The position numbers were made by a program, and so were the translations under genes. Shown here one piece after another: positions 24,801 to 36,800 of a stretch of DNA of 64,000 bases (its first letter is position 1; each line of letters starts with the position of its first letter). This DNA is from Thalia democratica. Taxonomy: Eukaryota. The stretch spans positions 27,094,001 to 27,158,000 of the forward strand of contig OZ241834.1 in the NCBI GenBank assembly GCA_965202585.1, read 5' to 3'. The notes under the pieces were generated by a model. That model did not search any database and was not told the origin of the DNA. It was given only the letters and a program-made list of their open reading frames with translations.

Positions 24801-27800
24801 GTTTTTCCAGGTTTCAAGATTTTTTAGGCACCCTGCTTTATGCTTGCAACAGTTTTGTTTAACTTTTTATTTTTATCTATAAAGCTATCGTTACTACTAT
24901 ATGTTTGACTATTGGAAATTTTTTGTAAAATTTGCTGCACTGTTTACTTTTATTTGTAATTGCACAAACTAAAACAACTTTTAATATTTCTTATCACATT
25001 CCAAGAGATACTAAAAATCAACTTGTTAAAACATTTCAGCAGAATAGTAAACTAAGTTAATCATAGTAAATTTATGCCTTCTATAAACTAATTGTTGTAA
25101 AAGAAAATTAAAATATATAACTTTAAGTTTATAAAACACTGCAACTTGGTTTTCAACTTTAAATAGATACTAAATTTGCTTGCACAATCAATTATTCATA
25201 CAAAAACAGATTTCGATTTTTAAATTTGTACTATTCTACAATTAATTTGTAGGTTATTAATTTTTTAATGACTCAAATACAAATAAAAGTTAACAAATTC
25301 TCTTTTTTATTCTCAGTTGTAAAGATTTCTACTTTGTCCTTGAGGTTGTTCCTTATGCAAATTCAAACTTATTTCAAAATCGCAACTGTTTATTTATTAT
25401 TTCCGCTATATAGCGCCATTGAGCTTATAAAGAACAGTTTGTTATTGTTTGTCATGCTGAAGTATTGTCATCATGTTTTAAAATATTCCCCTACTATGAG
25501 AATTGTTCATGTTTTGAAAATTTTACTATCAAAAATTGAAAAGCTTATTTGCTATTAGATAATTCTGAAACTTTTGGTAAATATGATAGTAAATATGATA
25601 AAAATATACTAACTGTTTTCACTATGTAAAACATTAAATTTTCTAATTTAAACAAAATACAACTATAAAAAAATATAATTTTTAAAGTTTTTAAATTATT
25701 ACTTTTTATACAAAAATGAAAGTGTTGAAATTAAATATTACAGAAAAATTTTTAAACTTTATAATAATACTTTATAATGTCTTCATAGTACATAAAAGGA
25801 TAAATTGAATCAGTAAAAAACAAAAAGCTAGCATAATTTTGATATCAACAACTTTTATCCATATTAGCAAAAGACTAATTATTAGTGAAATTATTTAAAA
25901 TGTATTCAAATATAGTACATAAAATTCTAGCACAACAACAGCTAAGCTCAGCAATATAACTTAACTTATTAAAAAAATATTTTATACTATTGGTATTCCT
26001 AATAAAATTAAAATTACGTTAGAATTCTGTAAAAATTTAAACTTAATATTTTCATAAAATTAAAATTTATGTAGCAAATCTAAAAAGTTAGTATGTAATA
26101 TTATTACATTTAATAAGACTTAAACGTCAAATATGAAAGTGAAAAACAAATATACTTTAAATCACATTTAAATATTAAATATGTAGGTTCTGCAAGGTTT
26201 TTAATTTGAAGTGTTCTTCTGGTAGAAAAAAAAAACTATGTTATTGAAATTAGTTAACTTCACCAATTTCTTTCACACTCATTCATAAATCAAAGTGTTT
26301 AACAATTAAGCACACGTTTATACTTTATCTAATTATCAACTTACACAATTTGAAAAATTAAGTTTCGTACTTAAGTCAATTCACTAAAGCTTTTTTTTAT
26401 GTTTTAAAGTAGTCTAAGGCAATTACATGATGTAAACTGAGGTAAGTTGAAAATTAAATTGATTAGTTTTTTAGTAACTATTATATTATTATTAATATAT
26501 CTATTATACTTTTTATTGAAAAACTATGATTTAAAAAAAAAAGTGAATAAAGTTTTTCGTACCTAAACAGAAGAATTAATAATGTCAAAGATTTTTTAGC
26601 CAGGGCTAAAAAACTTTCAAGAATCACTTCAAGTTTTTTCGAAACTTAACTTCATTTATTTAGTACAATCATTTTATAAACAATAATACGTTATACCGGT
26701 ATAAGTCTAGAGTATTGACATAAACGGTTTTAAATCGAAAAAATTAAAACTAGATTCTAAAATATATAAAAATATTAAAATATTATAGCACTAGTTTTTT
26801 TTTATCAAAGGTTTATATTACAAAAAAAAATTAGAACTGAAGAGTTTGTAAGTTTTGAAAAATTTAGGAAAAATATTGATTATGAGAAACTATTCAAAAC
26901 TTAACAATATTATAATGACATGGTGGTTTTTTGGTATGGTGTAGAAAAAGGAGCAGTCATTACTTTTACTTTTTTAGTGTTTATAAAAGTAAAACTTAAA
27001 ACATGACTTGGTAGCCAAAAACTCTTTAATAAATCAATCACAAAATACTTAAATACATTATATGTTTTAATAACACTTTTGTTTTCACTGTTTACTGTGT
27101 TTTAATTTTTTATTACTAAATTGTTTTCAGAAATTAAAAAAATGATAGCATAATGTCTAAAAACTTATTTAAATTTTTTTTAAACAAAACTCATAAAATA
27201 TCAAATTTAATTCATTTTAGCACTTGAATAAGGACCTTTAAATACTTTAATTAGCAGCTTTTCAATAAGGTCTTCAAAATTTCTGGTTCATGCTATTAGT
27301 TTATGGCTACCTTAATACACCAGAACTTTTTCTGTTACAATCAAGTAAAATAAATAATTTTTATTTGTTATTATGAAAATACAAATGCTTGATAAACTAT
27401 AAACGCTGAACTTTTCCCTAACAATAACTTTTCATATTTTTCTTTCAAACAATAACATTTACCCACGTTCTTAAACTCTACTTAAAGTGTCTTAAGAGTT
27501 CACTGCTTTTAAATTATAAAAGTTTTACAACTTTTTTTAACGGTGTTTGTTTTTTTTTTTGTTTTTTTATGCCTTACACTGGTTAATTTCAATGTTTAGG
27601 TCATTTTGTTTAGTACTTAATTTTAAGTACTTCTGATTATAAACATAATAATATTGTTTAGTTATGACTTCGAGCTTATAGATTACTATAAAAGAAGTGA
27701 AAACTTTAAACACTTATTTATATATACTTTCCCTGTAGTTTTTACTCAAGTTATGGAAAAAAAATTGCTAATTAGTTTTACTAAACGAAAAAATGTATCA

Positions 27801-30800
27801 TTATTTTCTAGCTATTCATCAAAAATAAGGAAAGCCATTCAGTTAAATGTATCGACAAAGCAATTGTTAACCCAAACACAACTTTTGACCTTTTAAGTTT
27901 TTTTTTTTTTTTTTTGAAAACTAAAGTAAAAAAAATATAAGTTAGTGATGGATTTTTTTTGTTTTTTTTTTTACAAACGCAACAGTTATTAACTCACCTT
28001 GCAATATCCAAAAAAAAAAATTGTGAAACAAATTTTACTAACAAACGTGACTATTTATTTAAGTGTTACACCTAAACTAAACAACGTGAGTGCAATTAAG
28101 CTAATTAAATAAAAAACTAAAATCAATGATTTTAACAATTGTTTTTTTAACCAGCTAATCAATGAGATATAGTTCGAAACAATTCCAAACTAAACCTAAA
28201 ATGCCAAGACTAAAAAAAAAAACAGTATATAATAAAAATTTACAAAACAAACTTGGGGATGAAAGGAGCTTAAATAAAAAAACAATAACACTACTACATA
28301 ATGACTAACAAAAAACCAGAAGAGTAATAAAACATTTTCCGGAATCATTTGATACAAAACTCCAAAGAACAAAAGCAGAAACAAATTTATCTCATATTGA
28401 AAAATAAGTATAAAAAACAAACTTGGCGAAGAGAGCTTTGGATGAGGACACAAAGCTAATTTATTATTATTTATAATATTCGTAAACATGTCTAATCGAC
28501 ATAAGCATTTTTATTTTACTAATAATAAAAAATAAATGAAACAGAAATAAAGTTAAGTTATTTAGTAAAAAAAACCTTATATTAAAGAAAACAACTTAGC
28601 AATGAAGGAAGCTTCGGAGGAGGACAGCAAATAAACTAAAACATAAAACAAAAAAAAACGACAATAATAATGACTTTTTAAAACCCAAACTGGCATGAAA
28701 CATTTTCCAGAATATTTTACATAAAACTTTACCTTAAACAACAAGAAAATCTATATTATATCAACTGTACAAACTTGGCGATGAAGGAAGACTCTGATGG
28801 TGACAACATTTTTGATGAAAAATTATTGTATCTTAAAATAAGCATCTTACAAAGCTACATTATTAAGGTTTCCATTCTTAGACAACTTTTTATAAATTGT
28901 ATCCTAAATACCAAACACCAAAAGAATCAATCTAAGATAATTTATATATTTTAAAAAACAAACTTGGCAATGAAGGGAGCTTCTGATGAGGATAGCAAGC
29001 TGCTGCTGATCTTGCTCTGCGTCTTCGTCCTCTTCTTCACGTGGGATCGGGTGGATTCGAACGCGAACGAGGAATCCTCCTCAACCGTCGTCTCCCACTG
29101 AGAGGACGGTGGCTTCTGTTTGTTGTATTAAAATTTATGAAAATGCACTTTTGAATCAATTAGAAATCACTTTTGAAAAATCACTTAAAAATAGTTTCAC
29201 GCGATGCAATGATTGCAGAAATAAAATTACAGATATCTAGTGTTGCTCTTTACAAGTTAGTTACAATTAAAAGACGGTGGCTTTTGAGAAGGTTGTTGAA
29301 TGTTTATTAAACTTTAAACGTTGATAATAATGTTTGTTTTGTGTTTACTCGGAGTCGTTAAATGTTTCCTTTGTTTTTTAACCCAGTGCCGTAGGACGCG
29401 TTCATTTTGACATGTTTTAAAAGAAAAGAGTGTCCGTCGGCACAACGCTTCAAAAATTTTAAACTGATAATCGTATCAACTTTTACTTGACAGTGGTAAG
29501 TTGTTTAAACTGATCAAAGTTTTTTTAAATTATTACTTGGAAACCCTGTTCCAACGCATGCGTCCGTTAGCAAAAGCACACTTTGAATTTTGAACTGTTT
29601 AACTTGGTCATGCTCTAATTAACTAATATAATTTAGAGAGTGAAATTTTCCTTAAAATTTCAAAACTTTTTCTTCTCGTTTAGCTTCACAAAAAATTATG
29701 ACATAAATGTAAAAAAAACTATAGTACCAAAAAAACTAAGTCAGCTATTGATTATTTTGTTTGTTATTTATAAAAACGCTTTAGTAAACATTAATAAGTT
29801 AATTAATTAATAATGAACAATTAGCAAAAGAAAATTTTCTACCGGCTTGAATGTAAATCACGTGCAAAACAAGCAATTTGTCATTCTACTGAATAATTTA
29901 TCAATTCTGTCATATATAATTTGCGTGTAAATGAAAACGGTTATTTTTAATAATAACTTAATTTTTAGCAGTGGACAAACTATAAATATTGATATTGATT
30001 TTTGACTGTTGATTCATAGTTATAATGAAGTTATAAGTTTCACTTAATATATTTATTTTCAACTTAAAACTTTGATAGGTTTGCTTAAAAGATTGATAAA
30101 GTCATTCAAACATTAATATGATTAACTTGATAGTTTCTACAATGGTCAAAATATATTTATTTCCAATCATTATACTACAGTCATTTGTCTTGAATAAAAT
30201 AAAGTACTCAATTTACTGTAATGTAACGAGCTTATTTTAATAATAATAATAGTGCAAAATAAATGTTTTATTCACTACCAGCTTACTACCTGTTTACACT
30301 TGACAATGTCGTAACTTTTTTGCACCAAAACCTGGCAGTGAATAAAACATTTAATTTTATTCTAATTAAATAATTTGCAGCAACATTATTATCAAGTTGA
30401 CTACACAAAAAATGAAGTTTACAGATAAGTAAAAAAGTTTATATTTTATAGCAATTAGGACTTCTCATTGTACGTGTTATATCACTTTGTTTTCAAAAAG
30501 TGTTTAACAAATCAACCGCGTGGATATTCCAGAAATTACTGTCACTAAAGGCACGAGACGCATAAATAATTGATTTATATATGGCGAGTTGTTGAACTTA
30601 CCTTGAATATTTTAAATTTGCTTTCCGACATCAAACTGCTCGTATCTGCAAAATAAAACGCTGATTAGCTTTTAACAAAAACAAGCACATTAACTTAAAA
30701 AATTATAAGTTGTTCGACAACAAAATATCTTAAATTTGTTATAAAAAATAATTTATTTTATTTTCTATGAAGCACCTTATTAGTTAAAAAAATTATAGTT

Positions 30801-33800
30801 AAAAATCTATAATAAGCCATCAAATGGTAAACCAGAGTACTTAATCATTGAACCTACTTTATTTTATATATTTCACTTATAATTCTTTTTTTTTTCTTTG
30901 TAATGTAATTTATTCAATAATGTCTAATTTAATCATGCTCGGTAGATACTCTTTGAAGCCCTGAGTCTCCACAAACTTTTATAAACTGTTTTTTTTTTAA
31001 CCTTTTATCAGTATTTAACCGTAAATCAATAAAGTACTGCATCTACTGTGGCACAAATTTACGACCTTACGTTGACAGTAAGTTTTTTTTTTGTGAAATT
31101 TATTTTAATTGATAAAAACCTAGGTTTTCATTTCCTGCTAATACAATGCATGTATTAAGGATCAAAAAAAAATCATAAAACTAATACTAAATAATTTAAT
31201 TTTAGATATCACCACATAAAGAACTTTTTCCTCCCTTTTTCAACAGTAAGATTTAAAATTCACTAAATCAGATTAACCTTACAATTTATACGGCCTTATC
31301 TGTACAAAAGCTAAAAATAAACAGCAGCCTTAATTTTCAAAACACCTACTTGAAGCATGTTTTTGAATTAGAAGACATTTGAAGACTTTAAATTAAAAAA
31401 CATTCTATGGGCATCAACTTAAGTCATGTATAAACGAGCATTAGTTTTATTTTCAAATTAATAAATAACAAATAATTGATAAATACAAAAAACAAACCGA
31501 GTTTTGAGAAAGAAAGTGAAGGTGTGTGATGACCGTAGCTTTCTCGCGTTCTTGAAGACTAAAATTATTATTTTTATTTAATTTTAATTATATAAACCCT
31601 AATAAAATTTGAACATAAATCACAATTATAAAAAAAAAATTATTGAAGCTCAAGATTTTTTTCAATTTTTTTTTATTGAAATTATCAATTTTTACTTTTA
31701 ATTGAACACACAAGTAAAAAATTAAAAAAGTTCAACATAAAGTTATAGTTGTATAAAACGGTTTAAACTGTAGCTAAAATGTTAAGAGGGCTTTGTTGTT
31801 GTGCTAAACTAAATTTTTTTAAATCAAAAATAAAACTGCACTTTTGCAGAGTATAAATCAAAAAAGAAAAAAAAAACAAACATTATAGATTGGGTACCTA
31901 ACTCAGCTGTATTACAAATCAGTTACAAATACTAAAAAAGTAAGCGAAAAAAGTGCTTAAAACCATCAAACAAAGATAAAATACATAGAAATAACAATTT
32001 AAAACAAAAAATTAAAGTAAAATATATTTGTATTAAGTTTAAAATTAAAATACAAACAACTATAATATATTAAATACGTGATTTAAGTATGGTACAACTA
32101 CAGACACAAACTAAAGTACTATAGATTGTTGTGTGCAAAATAACTTTATTAGTGATTAAAATAAAAAATATATACACTTAACAATGTTGAAAACTTATTA
32201 TAGACCAAAACAAATTTATGATACCGGCATTAATGAAATCCAAGTTAGTTTAAGTAAGCAAAATAAAGTGCTTAAATATATTAAACAAAAACTTTACATA
32301 AATCGCAATAACAATTTTAAAAAAATCTAAAACAAGATTTTTGCGAGGCTAACATTAATATAATCCAAACTGTGGTTACAATTATAATCTATATATTAAA
32401 ACAATATTTTAAAGCAAAACTAAATTTTTGAAACCGACATTGATGTAATCCAAACTGTGGTTGGTGACGTCCAGTGAGTCGTTGTTCAGCTCCACTTGGC
32501 TCAACACCTTCAGCTTGTGGTCCTTGCTCGTGTTGTGCACCTGCTGCGTGGACGGTTTCACTGTGGAACATTTATATGGTAAATATAAAAATAAATAAAG
32601 ATTGAATTCAATTGTTGCTTATGTGAATCTTATTGAATCAAACTAAAACTTTATGAAATTAATAGAAAAGCGAAGATTTAGTGCCAATGGACGCGCTTAA
32701 AATGTATTAAGATAATATCATCAGTTGGCAGAATGCTTTAATGAATATATAAGTTTAAATGTTGATATTTATGTTTCTTTTGTAAATTTGAATAATATGA
32801 TGAAATATTTTTAAGTGAAACTAAAAAACCCTGTGCCATCGGCAGTTGGCCTTTAAAAAATTCGTAAAAGTTTAAATACTGATAATTATAGTTCTTTTAT
32901 AGAATTTAAAAATTATTAATTTTTAGGTTATCACTAGTTATAGACAATCAAAGAATATTTAAATTTAGACCTCTAAACATGAAAGTTCTTAAACTAAAAA
33001 TATGTTTATTTGTTTTTTGATTTATCAATTCAATGTGTTCATAAAATACATGGTAACATAACATTGTCAACAAAGTTAAAACACATCTTTAAAAAAATAT
33101 TCAAAATATTAAAAAATAATATTCAACACTTACTTTGGATATTTTCGTTTTCTAAATTGTAAAAGGAAGTGTTGTTGTAAAAGTCTTCAGGGTTGGGTTT
33201 GTGATTACGCGGAGCTGAAATATGATTAATAATTGTTGTTTAAATTTATAATATTCCATCTTTTGTTAAAATTAATTTAAAGACAAAAACGTTTAATGTC
33301 TATTTTAAATTTTTCGTCACAAGCTTTCAATACAAATACTTTGTTTTGCAAATTACAATTAAATTCAAGTAATAAACTTATCTAAATAAATAGTCTAATA
33401 CTAGAAAAAGTTACACCCCATAAGTTATCTTTTTTTGAGGTTAACTCACAAACATTTAAATGTCAAAATACAAATAGGCAAACAAGTCTTGTTTTTTTTT
33501 TACTCTATTTGAGATAAGTAACAAAATAAGTATTAATATATAAAAAATAATAACTTAAAAATCAATTTTGATAATTTATTACTTGTTAAAAATACAAGTC
33601 CACACTATTCCTATCGATTAAATAGCTTAAAATATTAAAACGCTGCAAATAACTCATCCATACATTTTTGCTATATATACTATATGTGCGATATGTATAT
33701 GACCTTTACTATATGTCGTACGAGTAAATTTTATTTTTTAAATATGTTTCAGTTCATGTAAACCTGTGCAAATTCGATAAATAAAAACTATACAAATTAT

Positions 33801-36800
33801 CATTTCAAGCAAACACTTTAATAAAAAAAACAATTTTGTTAAGTTTTAAAGTATTTACTAGGTAAGTTTACTACAATAGACTGGTTTACTGTGAGAAACA
33901 CAACGATTACAAATATTATAATTATAACAACACTTTATCTAAATAAAAAATAATCTAGAAATACTTTTATTAAAAAATAAAATATGAACGTTTATTTAAT
34001 TAATAATTTACGCAGTATTGCAATACTTAACAAAGCAGCAATTTATAAAATTTACAAAACTGATAAACTGATAAAAATTTAATTGGACTATCACAAAGTT
34101 TATCTTAAAAATAAAAAAATTCAAAACTTTAATGAAAACAGTAAACTAAAACAGAGCTTCTTTTAATTTTATACTGAAAACTGAAATACAAAATAATATA
34201 ACGAGTTCATTTTAGGTTTTAAAACTTAATTCGTATCGTAACTTGTTCTTTACTTATGGATATATGTAACAATGTAAACAATTTAAGAACTGTGAAAACC
34301 TTGCAATTATGTAAACACTTATCAGCACTACTTGATTAAAACAAAAGCTTCTACAATAAATAGTTTGCATGCTTTAATGCTAATTATAACTCTATTTATT
34401 ACAGTATTTATGAACTTAGGTTTTAAACAGAAACAAACTAAACCAATTAAAAAAAAATTTAAGGATGTTTAAATTTTAAACCTTTTAACATTTAAAAAAT
34501 AAAAAAGAAAATTATTTAGGTAATTAACAATATATATATATATATATATATCATGTTTTTACTATTGATTCGATTTTCTCTATTTCTCATTAAGAAAAAA
34601 CAGAACTATATTCTTATAAATTGTAACAAAATAGAGTACATTTGTTTCAATCGACACTACATTTTCAACAATTTATAAATAAAATTTCAGTCAAATTTTT
34701 AAATTAGTGTTTTTTTAAATGTGCCCAAAATGTTGGATTTTTTTTTTTTTTGGTTTTTAAAACCATAGTAACTATGTTGATACATAACAAACAATAGTGT
34801 AAAACAAAAATTTAATGTCCTAATTATATTTTTTAATTATAAACACAAAACTATTTTAGCTCATATACGTGTTTTATAAAATTTTTAAAATAAACACTTT
34901 CAAAGCAAATACAGCTTTAACTGAAAATTTAACTTGAGTTTACAAAAAAATGTTTTCAGAAACTGCTTTTAAATTTATTTAAGATGTATAATTACATAAT
35001 TTTGACTAACATACTTGGAACTTTTTTTTGTGTAAATACACAGAAATTTTAAATAAAGCAATAAAATTGTAAAGGTACCCAATTTAAAAAAAAATTATTA
35101 AGTTTACTAAAAAAAACTGTATGATACTAAACACAGCTTTGAATTTTTTTTAAAGTATTACAATTAAAACTCACATATCTGATAGAGACTAGAGTAAAAA
35201 AAACAATTTTTACTCACATTAAACAAAGTAGTATCTAAGTTTAAACTCCGATGTTGAGTTTATATAAAGTAATAAAAATAAAACTTTAAAATATTTTTTA
35301 AGACAACAAGCAAAACTTAAAACAAAACTCACATATCTGGCAGAGGGTGTTGTACGCCGAGAGCAGCAGCGGGTTCAAGTGGAGCGCCTCGGTCAGGCAC
35401 TTCTCGGCCTTGGACACGTGGTCGCTCTTCACGTAGCACTTGGACAGCTCGGAGAATGCCAGCCACGACTGCTCCTTGAAGTTCTTCTTGACGTGGGCGA
35501 TTATGCACGTCATGCTGCTGCTCTTCGACCCGGTTTTCGTCAAAGTTTTTTCCGCTTCGGAGTATCTGTGGTGAGCAACAAATTTATAATAGTTGTATGA
35601 ATGCTAATGTTAGTAGACTGACATTAAATGTAGTCTGAAATGTTTTAATTAACTATGTACATTTTTATGCATTAAGATATTCAATTCTCGTAAGTTACAT
35701 TGCTCATACTATCAAAAACAAATCTGATTAGTTTATTAAACTTCTAACCCAGATATTTTTGTAAACTCTTAATATACTAGAATATAATTAAGCATTATAT
35801 AAACTTGACTATATAGCTTTATTTTCCAAACTCACTTGTTAAGTTTGATGCAGGATCTTGCGTACAACAAGCTGGTTTTTGAAGAACGAAACTTATCTTC
35901 TTTTTCGTATAAGTCTTTCACTGCCTTGAATTTGTTTTGATGGAAGTACACTGACAGTATCAGAAAGTGCGTTTCCTCTGAAGGATCTGAAGTTAAAGGT
36001 TTTAAATTAAAGTTATTTTAAAACGCTTGTAGTGTTTGGTAAAAACATCTCACACTGTGTTTTGCAGTTAAAAGAAGTTATTTTTTTAACTAATTTTGAG
36101 TTATAATATAATATAAAATTTTAAACTAATAAAATTGACTATTTTACTGTGTTTTGCAACCAAAACTAAAATACTGTAAAGGATGATTCATCAAAAATTT
36201 ATTTTTACTGAAACTGCTGGTCAAAGGATATTAATTTAAACATTTATAAATTATTTCAAGTACTCAAAAAACCTACTAAGATGTTATAGTATAAGTGAAC
36301 ATTCTAGTTGACTTACCCTCCTTATGCAGTATTTCAGCAATGAAAAATGCATCCGCGTACAACTTGTCGTGCACAAAGTTCCAAGCTTGCTCCTTTAAAA
36401 TCAATTTAATTTAGACAACTTAAAAAAAAAACTTTTAAAAATACTCAAAGTAAAATTATAAATACATTAGTACATTCTTCTACACTTAAGATTAAAAATT
36501 ATCATTTTTTAGAAAAATTTTACTTTATAAAAAAGATTAAACATGAATTATATACAAAAATATTAGTTTAAGTTATAAATATAGTTTTACTTGAAGTATA
36601 TTTTAAAATTTAAAACAAAATCATTAAAAAAGTATAACATGTTTTAAACATTTTATCAACCACAATTTTATAAACCTTGTTATTCTTATTAAAATGAATC
36701 TTTTTAAGATTCAAAAAAAAACATAACAAAATAATTACTACAACTTCAGTTCTTTTAATTTATTAAGAATAATTTCAACATACCCTCATGTTCTCATGTA

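Noticed and set aside
25268-28489. Several 60-97 aa ORFs in the long CDC27 intron 9
   Set aside because: F/L/I/K-rich translations typical of AT-rich non-coding DNA.
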